From NCBI GenBank assembly GCA_021815445.1, contig JAKAGM010000001.1, forward strand, positions 403,710-467,709: a stretch of 64,000 nucleotides of DNA, written 5' to 3'. The stretch comes from a bacterium (lineage in GTDB: Bacteria; Patescibacteriota; Patescibacteriia; UBA10025). A program made the position numbers and the translations under genes. Position 1 is the first letter of the stretch. Each line of letters opens with the position of its first letter. Below, piece after piece: positions 29,081 to 37,491 of this stretch. The notes below the pieces were generated by a model. It did no database searches and was not told the origin of the DNA. It was given only the letters and a program-made list of their open reading frames with translations.

Positions 29081-30706
29081 CTATTGCCAGTACTTCTTGT
29101 TTACTGATAGTTCCTTTTTCCATTCGTCGCCAATCCAGCTGAGAAAAACAGAGGGCTGTTTATAAGTTCCCGAGAAAACGCCGGTATGCATTAGGTAGCA
29201 CTGTTTTCGAGCCCTCGTGAGAGCCACAATAAACCTGCAAATCTCAAGATCTTCAATATTTCTAGCATCTTTTGGAAATTCATTAGCATGTAGTCCAACA
29301 ATAAACACATGCTGTGCCGAAAGACCTTTGCTGCCTTCAAATGATGTAAGCTTGATTGTAGGCTGACTCGAAGGGGACAACTGTACTGGATGCTCGGGTG
29401 TATCTACTTTCTCCCATTTTTCAACCTCTGATACAATATCTTCTCGGTAATCCGCTGGAATGATGCTGTACAAGGATGTATTACTCACTCCAGACTTTAT
29501 TACTACTTCATCGGCCCATGTCGGTCTCTCTGCCTCAATCATTATGCGCCAACCTAGATTTGATTTGATATTTTGCTTAATGATGCTGATCCCCTCTTCT
29601 CTTTCAATTCGCGCTGTCTCGGCTTTATCTTCCATTTCAATAATGAAGCCACTCTCTTCGAGGAAGTGACGAATCTGTCTAAGGTACTGCCGGGAACCAA
29701 TTACAAGTACCGTTGGAAATTCCTCACTCTTCGACTCTTCAATCTCATCTTTTGGAATTTTTCTGACCTGCTGAGCAATGTATCTACCAAAATAGTTCAC
29801 CCTCTCAGATTGTGCGGAGACTGTAACAACGTTCACGAAAGGGTACTTTTTACTATCAACTGCTTTTAGTGGTGGATAGAAGCGATAAGGCTTTGTTATT
29901 CTGCCCTGTAGCCAGCCATTCTTGGATGCGTGGTTAACGATGTTTTCAACTGCACCAACAATTGGTTGAGGACATCGAAGGCAAAAAGGTAAAGTCCAAA
30001 ATTCATACTCACCACTTTGTTGAAGCTGTCGAATAAAGTCGAACTTAGCTCCACGTATTTTTGCATACAGTGCCTGATCGTCATCGCCAGCGATTACTAT
30101 TGCACTTGTGCTGGCAAATAGCTTGATAAATTCAGCCTCCAGACGGTTAAAGTCTTGATATTCATCCACAATCAATGGAGTATATGACTCAAGCTTATCT
30201 CTACCGGCAAGTAGCTGATGATAGACACGATAAACTGAATCATCAAACTCCACGGCGTCGTAGTAGTTTGATCGCAGCCAGTAGAACCTGGTTTCGTCAC
30301 CATCCTGCAGGTCTCTCATGAGTTTAACAAAGTGTGGGGTTTCACCACCCTTAATCAGCTCCCAGTCTCTCTTAACCAAATGAGCCAATTTGGGAAAGTA
30401 GTAGAACTGATCAGACAGCCCAGCTCGAAACCCAGGACTCTTCCGAAGTAGGTGGTAGCAGTACCCATGAAATGTAAAAACATGCGAAAGGTGCGAAAGC
30501 TTCTTGTCTAAGTCATCCTTAAGGTTGTTGATGAAAGTTATTACAAGTCGAGACCCTGAGTTCTTGTTAGCTTTTTCAAGTAGCCCTTTAAATAGGTATG
30601 TTTTACCTGTACCCGGACCAGCAACAATCAGCTTCTTTGGATGATCGGACTTGATTATTGACTCAGTAGCCTGTCTTAACTCTTGTTCTAAGTCAATGTA
30701 GTTCAT
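29081..30706 (-). CDS. superfamily-1 (UvrD-like) helicase family protein
   Basis: 541 aa. Walker A VAGPGTGKTY, DExx-like IVDEYQDFN, C-terminal LTRARKQCYLM. Gene GC about 42% against about 57% in the flanks. Confidence 0.7.
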   Translation of the reverse strand: MNYIDLEQELRQATESIIKSDHPKKLIVAGPGTGKTYLFKGLLEKANKNSGSRLVITFINNLKDDLDKKLSHLSHVFTFHGYCYHLLRKSPGFRAGLSDQFYYFPKLAHLVKRDWELIKGGETPHFVKLMRDLQDGDETRFYWLRSNYYDAVEFDDSVYRVYHQLLAGRDKLESYTPLIVDEYQDFNRLEAEFIKLFASTSAIVIAGDDDQALYAKIRGAKFDFIRQLQQSGEYEFWTLPFCLRCPQPIVGAVENIVNHASKNGWLQGRITKPYRFYPPLKAVDSKKYPFVNVVTVSAQSERVNYFGRYIAQQVRKIPKDEIEESKSEEFPTVLVIGSRQYLRQIRHFLEESGFIIEMEDKAETARIEREEGISIIKQNIKSNLGWRIMIEAERPTWADEVVIKSGVSNTSLYSIIPADYREDIVSEVEKWEKVDTPEHPVQLSPSSQPTIKLTSFEGSKGLSAQHVFIVGLHANEFPKDARNIEDLEICRFIVALTRARKQCYLMHTGVFSGTYKQPSVFLSWIGDEWKKELSVNKKYWQ

Positions 30707-30846
30707 AACCTGAGTGTACCACTAGCCACAAAAACTTGCAGGCACAACTGGTAATAAAAAGTCCGCCAACCATTTGTTGGTGTGGAGCTGTCTTCAAGCA
30801 GAAGGCTGAGCTGAATAGGATTTGTCAATAGCCGGAGTCGAATAGC

Positions 30847-30875
30847 TGGTGCACTTTACAGGACTTGAACCCTAC
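30847..30875 (-). other. tRNA 3'-end-like remnant (T-loop GGGTTCAAGTCC + acceptor strand + CCA)
   Basis: The minus strand reads GTAGGGTTCAAGTCCTGTAAAGTGCACCA. No matching 5' acceptor, D or anticodon arms upstream, so this is not an intact tRNA. Confidence 0.35.
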
Positions 30876-30879
30876 TTTC

Positions 30880-31650
30880 CTAACTCTTCCCCTGCGGTTT
30901 CTCCTGCGACAAAAACTGCTGGATATCCTTGAGCGTCCCCATGAACTGCGCGGGGAAGATGATGGTCGAGTTTTTTTCTACGCTGATTTCGGCCATCGTC
31001 TGGAGATTCCTCAGTTGGAGGGCTATCGGGTGCGCCTGCATCACGTCGGCTGTCTCGGCGAGCTTTTGGGACGAGAGGAACTCGCCTTCCGCCGCGATAA
31101 TCTTTGCCCGCTTTTCGCGCTCGGCCTCGGCTTGCTTGGCCATGGCCCTCTGCATGCCTTCGGGGAGCTGGATGTCCTTGATCTCCACGACCGACACCTT
31201 GATCCCCCACGCTTCCGTGTGGGTGTCGAGGACTTTGGCTATTTCGCTGTTGATCGATTCGCGCTCGGTGAGGATTTCGTCCAGCTGGAACTTGCCGACG
31301 ATGTTGCGGATGGAGGTCTGGGCTATCTGGTTGATGGCGCTCATCACGTCCTCGATGGCCACGATGCTTTTCACGGCGTCTACCACTTTATAGTACGCGA
31401 CGGCTGAAACGTCCACGGAGACATTGTCTTTGGTGATGATTTTCTGCGGAGGGATGGGCAGGGTGATCGTGCGCAGGTCCACTTTCCGGAGAAGCTCGAT
31501 GTAGGGAATGATGAGGTTGAGGCCGGGCGAGCGCAGGCCGATGACGCGTCCGAAACGGAACCGCACGCCCATCTGGTATTGTTGGACGACGCGCATGCCG
31601 GGGAAGACGATGAAGACGAGGATGGCGATGAGGATGTAGAGGTAGGTCAT
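30880..31650 (-). CDS. SPFH/band-7 (stomatin-like) family protein
   Basis: 256 aa. N-terminal TM helix, then the PHB domain (GVRFRFGRV...ITKDNVSVDVSAVAYYKV) and an A/E-rich coiled coil. Confidence 0.85.
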   Translation of the reverse strand: MTYLYILIAILVFIVFPGMRVVQQYQMGVRFRFGRVIGLRSPGLNLIIPYIELLRKVDLRTITLPIPPQKIITKDNVSVDVSAVAYYKVVDAVKSIVAIEDVMSAINQIAQTSIRNIVGKFQLDEILTERESINSEIAKVLDTHTEAWGIKVSVVEIKDIQLPEGMQRAMAKQAEAEREKRAKIIAAEGEFLSSQKLAETADVMQAHPIALQLRNLQTMAEISVEKNSTIIFPAQFMGTLKDIQQFLSQEKPQGKS

Positions 31651-31699
31651 AGGATTTTTGGGATGTTATAAATGGGTGAAAGTACTGTTACAGTCGCGC

Positions 31700-31900
31700 G
31701 ATTTGGGGGATTTGTCAAGGGAAAATCGCATCACCCACCCCATTCTACCGCAGGCACGGCGGCTCGCCTCGCTAAGCCTACGGCGAAGCGGGCCTGCGGT
31801 GGGGTTCGGGGGCGAATATGTTGTACCACATTTCGAGCGCGGGCCGCCGTGCCCACGGTCGAAATGTTGGTGCCCGCGGTCGATTCGTTTTTGGGCGATC
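31700..31900. repeat. cluster of GC-rich REP-like hairpins (GGGGGCGAATA...CGAGCGCGG family)
   Basis: Inverted repeats (CCACCCCATTCTACCGCAGG/CCTGCGGTGGGG; CCCACGGTCGA...CCCGCGGTCGA) in a non-coding stretch. The motif GGGGGCGAATA...CGAGCGCGG is shared with the insert inside the transposase gene at about 32600. Confidence 0.5.
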
Positions 31901-32021
31901 GCGGGATATGAACAAACAACCCTTGACGTGGCTCGTCTTTTTTGCAATAATTATGCCTGCTGGATATGGGTACCGTTGATGTACTCATTTGCCGATGTGT
32001 TCACCTTACAGGAGGCAATAC

Positions 32022-32208
32022 CATGGACAAAGACAATTCCCCACCAGCAGTCGATCCTTCCACCATTTCGCCTGAGCTGGCCGAAGTTCTGGCCCATCAC
32101 GGGTCATCGGCGCTCCCAAGCAAAGGGAATCTTCCCCCGGCGAAAGGATCAACCCTTCGCATCCAGTTCGACGAACGCCACAAGGGTGATTCCTGCAAGC
32201 TGCTCTAA
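32022..32208 (+). CDS. hypothetical small protein (62 aa)
   Basis: ATG at 32022 preceded by AGGAGG 8 nt upstream. Pro/Ser-rich with no recognisable domain; sits in the REP-rich region. Confidence 0.3.
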
Positions 32209-32330
32209 GGCCATCTGCCAAACGAGCGCTTGCGCGAGCCAAAGATCATGTGATCTGCGGCTCTCTTTTTATATGTAAATTATCCTATTATTTTTAATAA
32301 TTCAACATAGATGAATTTGATCGCCCGCTT

Positions 32331-32891
32331 TTACAACAACCGATTGATTTTTTTACCATCAACAAATTGATACGGAGCCATGTGGTATTTGGCGGGCAAT
32401 TCGGATTTGATAGGGTTAAATGTAATGTATTCAATAACGGTGCGGAGATATCCATCATTGTCCACGATGCGGGCGTAAAAACGGGGTTGGAGGATGGAAT
32501 ACGGGATATCATATTTCACGCGTATTTGTTTTGCGAAATACGATTTTACCGTATACATGAATTGGGAAATGGTGTAACCGGCATCCCCCACCGCGGACAC
32601 GGAGATCCGCGGTGGCGATTGGGGGCGAATACATTTACCCCCATCCCGAGCGCGGCTCTCTGCGGCCGCGCTCGCATATGTATTTTGTTTCACCAATACA
32701 TGCACATGGTCCGGCATGATTTGGTACGCCAAAATGTCGAACCGTTTTAACCGGCCCGCGTTGACCATTATTCTCCCCAAAATTTCCGCATATTCGGTAT
32801 CCTCGAATAACAACAAATCCACACGCGTACGAAACGTGACAAAATACGGATATTCATATTGATGGATGCGCCGTTGGGTCATAATAAACAA
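32331..32891 (-). mobile_element. IS200/IS605-like Y1 (HUH) transposase, REP-associated tyrosine transposase (RAYT)-like, carrying an about 90-nt in-frame palindromic insert
   Basis: HUH motif MPDHVHVLV. C-terminal LQPRFYARIVDNDGYLRTVIEYITFNPIK matches the RAYT WQxRFYDH...YIxxNP block. About 30 extra residues (ASAAAESRARDGGKCIRPQSPPRISVSAVG) lie between the two conserved blocks, encoded by a GC-rich palindromic segment in an otherwise AT-rich gene. Confidence 0.65.
32585..32670. repeat. REP-like double-hairpin element inserted in frame in the transposase gene
   Basis: CCACCGCGGACACGGAGATCCGCGGTGG and GAGCGCGGCTCTCTGCGGCCGCGCTC palindromes. Shares GGGGGCGAATA and CGAGCGCGG with the intergenic cluster at 31700-31900. 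Confidence 0.55.
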
Positions 32892-33015
32892 AACCCCCGT
32901 TCCAATCGAACGAGAAGGTGAATATACGCATTCTACTCCAATTTCGAAGAAAAATCAACAAAAAAATACCGCCGGGCTCCCAGTTCGGCGGTTTGAAATC
33001 GCGAATGAACATCTC

Positions 33016-34107
33016 TTACTTCTTCTTTTTCCCTTGAGGGCCCTTGAGACTGGCGAGTCCTACGAGAAATTGTTTCTTTGTCCCTTTGGCTATGTTGATC
33101 GTCTGGGTCCCGGGCCCCCACGCGACTGCGATCAAATCAGGATTGTAGATCCTGACGTCCCGGTAGGTCATACCCGTCCACTTGGCAACGAGGACAGCCG
33201 GTAAACTGTTCGTCACCCGAACCGTGACGGTGTCCTTTTCCACCCGCTCCCAATAGGGGCGCGTTTCGAGGACGACGCCGTACTTGCCGGGATCATCGAA
33301 GATAAGCTTGGCGGCAAGGACGCGGGGCACATAGTCCTCGGTCTCCTGGGGGAGCCAAAGTTGAAAATAGTCTTTGACGCCCTGGAATTCTATCGCCCTG
33401 GATATGCAGCCCTCCCCGCAGTTGTACGCGGCAAGCGCCAGCAGAATGTCTCCGAACTTGGCGGTGAGGTCGCGGAGGTATCTCGCCGCGCTTCGTGTGG
33501 ACTTCTCGAAGTTCCTCCGTTCATCCACGGTGCTGGTCCGCACGAGGCCGTACCGGAATCCCGTCTCCTCGATAAACTGCCACATGCCGGATGCGCTGTC
33601 GCGGGACAGAGCTCTCATGCTGAGCCCTGACTCGACGACTGCCACAAACTTGCAGTCCTCGGACATGCCCTCTTGCCTTAGGATCTCGTCGACTCTGGGA
33701 TAAATAGGGTATGCCCGTCCGTGAATCTGCTGTAGGCGGGCCTCGTTGTTGATGAGGTACATGATGGCCTCATCCAGGCGGCGTTTCGCGTCGGGAGTAT
33801 TGATCTGGATGTCGAAGCCGGCGAAATCCATGTGGTCAGGCACCGCGTAGCTGGCGATCCCGTGGCGGAACCCTTGGAACTTGGTTCTGAGCTGTCGGAG
33901 CGTGTCTTCTGTTGCTCCAAGCCTCCAATTGAGCTCTTTCCCGCAATTCCAGAGTGAATCAACTCGCGGCTGCATCATCTCGAACTTTTTCTCGAGGTCG
34001 TCGATACGGCGTCCTGTCGAGCCGCAACCGCCGGCGAGAATCGCCAAGACGATCAGTGGAATGCAAAGAGATACGTTGGAAATGGGCAATCTTTTGAACC
34101 TGGTCAC
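33016..34107 (-). CDS. lytic transglycosylase (SLT domain) lipoprotein
   Basis: 363 aa. Lipobox LAGGCGS. SLT motifs VESGLSMRALSRDSASGMWQF and LAAYNCGEG. Confidence 0.75.
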   Translation of the reverse strand: MTRFKRLPISNVSLCIPLIVLAILAGGCGSTGRRIDDLEKKFEMMQPRVDSLWNCGKELNWRLGATEDTLRQLRTKFQGFRHGIASYAVPDHMDFAGFDIQINTPDAKRRLDEAIMYLINNEARLQQIHGRAYPIYPRVDEILRQEGMSEDCKFVAVVESGLSMRALSRDSASGMWQFIEETGFRYGLVRTSTVDERRNFEKSTRSAARYLRDLTAKFGDILLALAAYNCGEGCISRAIEFQGVKDYFQLWLPQETEDYVPRVLAAKLIFDDPGKYGVVLETRPYWERVEKDTVTVRVTNSLPAVLVAKWTGMTYRDVRIYNPDLIAVAWGPGTQTINIAKGTKKQFLVGLASLKGPQGKKKK

Positions 34108-34235
34108 GTCAGACCTCCCTTGTTATGGCGTTGTTTTTGGTTTTTTGGAAACTCTCCCACGTTATCAAATAAATGCTGCGGCCGTCAACCAGCCACAAGC
34201 TACGCGCTGGACTACTGAGTCATTTGAGTCATTTT

Positions 34236-34264
34236 TTGACAGATGGGAAAGATACGACTATAAT
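34236..34264 (+). promoter_or_regulatory. sigma70 promoter TTGACA-17-TATAAT for the yjbQ-like gene
   Basis: TTGACA at 34236-34241, 17-nt spacer, TATAAT at 34259-34264. GAGGAG Shine-Dalgarno 8 nt before the ATG at 34311. Confidence 0.6.
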
Positions 34265-34310
34265 CTGGCTCAGAGAAAAGAAAAATAACCCTCCAGATGA
34301 GGAGTAAACG

Positions 34311-34796
34311 ATGTTCTTTTCAGTCAAGCACGATGAGATAAACTACCTGACAACAGGAAGACGATCTGTCATCGATTTAAATGATGACATTGACCGCATC
34401 ATCGCTCGGCACGGGTTCCTCGATGGAGTGATTATCATCGAGGCATTACACACCACAGCTCGCGTTATCAAGAACGAAAACGAGCCCCAATTCCACATCG
34501 ATCTCTTCGATGAGCTTGATCGAATCGCGCCTCCCGATGGCGACTATCGGCACGACCAGATAGGTACGCTGCGCACTGTAAATGTCTGCGACGACGAGTG
34601 CGCGAACGGATGGGCCCACATCCAGGCTTGCCGATTTCCCTCATCTACCTCGGTTTCCGTACGAGGCGGAGTAGCCGTGAGAGGCAAATGGGATCGTGTC
34701 ATGCTCTTCGAATTCGATCGAGCCCGTGAGCGGTCTGTTCACTTCACTCTGATTGGGATGTCCAAGAAAGAGATCCCGCCTGTTTCCTCATCCTGA
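34311..34796 (+). CDS. YjbQ/UPF0047 family protein (secondary thiamine-phosphate synthase-like)
   Basis: 161 aa with a recalled fit to the UPF0047 family in size and pattern. Confidence 0.6.
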   Translation: MFFSVKHDEINYLTTGRRSVIDLNDDIDRIIARHGFLDGVIIIEALHTTARVIKNENEPQFHIDLFDELDRIAPPDGDYRHDQIGTLRTVNVCDDECANGWAHIQACRFPSSTSVSVRGGVAVRGKWDRVMLFEFDRARERSVHFTLIGMSKKEIPPVSSS

Positions 34797-34834
34797 ACCA
34801 GAGCGCTCTCAAGAACAGACCAGCTGCTGTTTGA

Positions 34835-34867
34835 CCCGCCCCTATCCACCGGAGCGGGCTTTTTTTA
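34835..34867 (+). terminator. rho-independent terminator after the yjbQ-like gene
   Basis: CCCGCC-CCTATCCACCGGA-GCGGGC hairpin followed by TTTTTTT. Confidence 0.6.
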
Positions 34868-35330
34868 ATTCTGGACATTGCCCAGAATTAATCCTGAGCG
34901 AGGGGCGAAGTGAGAGAATCGAAGGATTTCGTTGATTTACATAGAGCAGAATTTAAAACCATTTTAACCCGCCATGTGTCCAATTCAGCGGGACCCTTCG
35001 ACTTCGCTCAGGGTTGCGTGCCTGCGGCACACAAAAAAAGAGCGGAGCCGCATGGTCCGCTTGAAACTACGACCGAAACTTTTGGGCATCCCGCCGGCAG
35101 GCCCGGCAGGATTTGACGTGCCGTTCAACAGCCTTGTACCATCTCCCATGTTCGGGAAGGGTACCGACAAGATACTTAGGAAGCATCGAGCCGAGAAACT
35201 CATTTGTGCAATCCGACGGAACGACGCAATCGGGTTGCGCTTGAATCTTAGCCCTTGGATATGCGCCATGATGCACTCTGTCTCATCCTCCGTACCGTTC
35301 GATGTTGGTGTTTGGTGAACTATACGGTAG

Positions 35331-35418
35331 AGAATGAAAAAAGTAAAGGGCGGCCCAACGAAGAGGCGGGATTCGGAATCCCGCTACCTTGCGCATCGGC
35401 CGGATTCAGAATCCGGCC
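35331..35418. repeat. intergenic paired-palindrome element, copy 1
   Basis: AGAATGAAA..AACGAAGAGG leader, then GCGGGATTCGGAATCCCGC (35366-35384) and GGCCGGATTCAGAATCCGGCC (35398-35418), followed by an A-run. Confidence 0.7.
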
Positions 35419-35499
35419 TCATCATAATAAAAAAAGCTTCCCAAAGACTTCTTGGGAAGCGGAACGAGCGAAAGTCGAACCCGAAAAGGTGTGAACGGC

Positions 35500-37260
35500 T
35501 TAGTGCAAGCCGAACATGCGCGCCTCAGAATCAGGCAGGTGGAGCAAGGGAACGTTTCCCGCACGGAATGCGGCAAACATGTCCTCGTCATTCACCGACC
35601 CGGTGGTCGTGAACACGACACTGGGCTTCTGCGCGGCGATGAGCTTAGGACCGTCGTCAAACGGGAAAAAGCTGTCCGAGCACCACGCGGCGCCTTCAAG
35701 CTTGTGCCCGATCCACTCAGCGAGACTGATAGCGAGCCGGACGCACTGGACACGGGCTTTCTGGTTCGTCGCGTTGACGAGCAGCATGCCGTTCTTGACC
35801 GCGCAGACCTGGTTTGAGTTGCCGGTCTGGCAGATGGCAATCGCCATGACCAGGTCCCAAACCGCCTCCGGGGTCAACTTCGTTCCCGCGTCACGTCGCA
35901 TTTCGTCGATCCGAAGGATCTTCGTGTAGTTCGGTTCAGTGAGGAATCCTCCCCGCACCATTCGGAACCGCGGAGCGGTGTCGATCGACGCGGCTGACAG
36001 GGACCGTAAGGCGGGATTGACCACGAGACGGCATTTGTCGCCTTTGCGTTTGAGCAGGGCGATCGCGGCATCGGAGAATGCGGGCGCGATGATAACATCA
36101 AGAATGCGCTTCTTTGCGGTGCCGTGCCAGAGCAGAATATTCGCCGCGGCCTCATCGATTTCGAAGGTGGCCATAATAGTGGCGCCGAAAACCGCCTGGC
36201 GGTCGCCCATGAGCATCTTGTGGAGTGCAACGTACCGGTCACCGTGCGCTCCGGCTCCACAGGAGTTGCCGTGCTTGAGGCCGAGAGCAATCTCGGGCAC
36301 AATGTTCAAGTTGACCTCGAACCCGGCCGCCATGTGTGTCGCTGTCTGCAACGCACGGTCAAGATCGCAGATGTTGTTGTAGCTGAGGTCAGCGCCTTCA
36401 ATGAGCCTGAAGTTGCTGATGGCGAGAGGGTCTTCCACTCCGGGGAACGTCCGGTAAAGCGCCGCCGGAGACTGGGGGCCGTTCTCTCCCTTGAGAGGCC
36501 TGCCGACACGTTCGCCGAAAAGCGCCGCGTAATGCCCTGCACTGTGGTACTGGGCGGCGCTGGCCAGATAATGGCCGCAGACAGCCCAGCTTTTCGACAT
36601 AAGATGCTGCATGACTTCTTCCGGCGGCCTCCCGTCCTTGAGCGACGGTGCGACATACTTGTGAAAGTCTCTCACGTTGGTCAAGACGATCCTCTGACCC
36701 TTGGCCGCGGCATGAAGGGCCAGGATCCCGCCGACGTCGGTCTCTTCAATGACCGATTCGACCGTGCTTCCTTCCCGTTTGATCTCGTCGACGAGCGGAT
36801 AGAGACCGACGAGCACGAGATCGATTCGCGGAATGCGCAGACGGGCAATCTCCGCAATATCTTCTGCAGTGCTCTTTGAAAGAAGCCCGGCCGCGATCTG
36901 GCGGGAGATGGATTTGACGCGGCCGCCGAGGATGGCGCCGCCTCCGATGAACTCCGCAATGTCAACTGCTTGAATTGAGTTCTCGCGAAGCAGCTTGACG
37001 GTCCCCGTCGTGCCGATGATGCCCCAGCCCAGAACGTTCAGGATGCCGGCGACTCCGGTGATACCCGTTTTGTCCTTTGACATAATCAGCGCAATCGGCT
37101 GATGGCGGGCGAACGGCGATTTACGCCGGGGCTTGCGCGCAGGAACAGGTCCCTCTGAGCCTGATCCAGCCTTGCGCTCATTGCCTTTGGGAGTAGCGAT
37201 AGAAACATGTGTCCCCTTACTCCCCTTTCTCCTTTGAGGTGTTGCCTTCTTGACTGGCAT
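35500..37260 (-). CDS. purH: bifunctional AICAR transformylase/IMP cyclohydrolase PurH with a basic N-terminal extension
   Basis: MGS-like domain (IALIMSKDKTGI...LGWGIIGTTGT) and AICARFT domain (...CSDSFFPFDDG). Start placed at ATG 37260 (MPVKKATPQRRKGSKG...), which is preceded by AAGGAAGG 5 nt upstream; the track ORF start at 37359 has no Shine-Dalgarno. Confidence 0.88.
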   Translation of the reverse strand: MPVKKATPQRRKGSKGTHVSIATPKGNERKAGSGSEGPVPARKPRRKSPFARHQPIALIMSKDKTGITGVAGILNVLGWGIIGTTGTVKLLRENSIQAVDIAEFIGGGAILGGRVKSISRQIAAGLLSKSTAEDIAEIARLRIPRIDLVLVGLYPLVDEIKREGSTVESVIEETDVGGILALHAAAKGQRIVLTNVRDFHKYVAPSLKDGRPPEEVMQHLMSKSWAVCGHYLASAAQYHSAGHYAALFGERVGRPLKGENGPQSPAALYRTFPGVEDPLAISNFRLIEGADLSYNNICDLDRALQTATHMAAGFEVNLNIVPEIALGLKHGNSCGAGAHGDRYVALHKMLMGDRQAVFGATIMATFEIDEAAANILLWHGTAKKRILDVIIAPAFSDAAIALLKRKGDKCRLVVNPALRSLSAASIDTAPRFRMVRGGFLTEPNYTKILRIDEMRRDAGTKLTPEAVWDLVMAIAICQTGNSNQVCAVKNGMLLVNATNQKARVQCVRLAISLAEWIGHKLEGAAWCSDSFFPFDDGPKLIAAQKPSVVFTTTGSVNDEDMFAAFRAGNVPLLHLPDSEARMFGLH

Positions 37261-37344
37261 CTGACCTTCCTTTCGGTTGAATGTGAATGTCCTTTGTAGC
37301 TGTTGCTTTTCGTTTTGGAAAATTACCTTAACATATTTATAGGC

Positions 37345-37419
37345 AGAATGAAAGAGCAACGAAGAGGCGGGATTCGGAATCCCGCTACAGGGCGTATCGG
37401 CCGGATTCAGAATCCGGCC
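37345..37419. repeat. intergenic paired-palindrome element, copy 2
   Basis: Same leader, GCGGGATTCGGAATCCCGC (37367-37385) and GGCCGGATTCAGAATCCGGCC (37399-37419), then an A-run. Confidence 0.7.
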
Positions 37420-37491
37420 TACTCACAATTTTAAAAAAACGCCACCCACAATACGACATGTGAGTGGCACGGAACAAACTTCAGAGAACGA

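Noticed and set aside
30780-30900. An intact tRNA gene upstream of the helicase gene
   Set aside because: Only a T-loop/acceptor-3'/CCA-like 29-mer is present. The T-stem pairs poorly and no 5' half can be folded, so it is reported only as a possible remnant.
31658-32278. 206-aa plus-strand ORF spanning the SPFH-transposase intergenic region
   Set aside because: It runs through the GC-rich REP-like hairpins. The composition is Cys/Trp/Arg-rich, there is no RBS, and its high-GC palindromic content explains the open frame.
35366-35418. Reading the paired GGGATTCGGAATCCC / CCGGATTCAGAATCCGG hairpins as tRNA T-arms or tRNA halves
   Set aside because: The loops have G, not A, at the T-loop position 58. 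There is no acceptor or anticodon arm, and the sequences are full dyad palindromes. A repeat or operator interpretation fits better.
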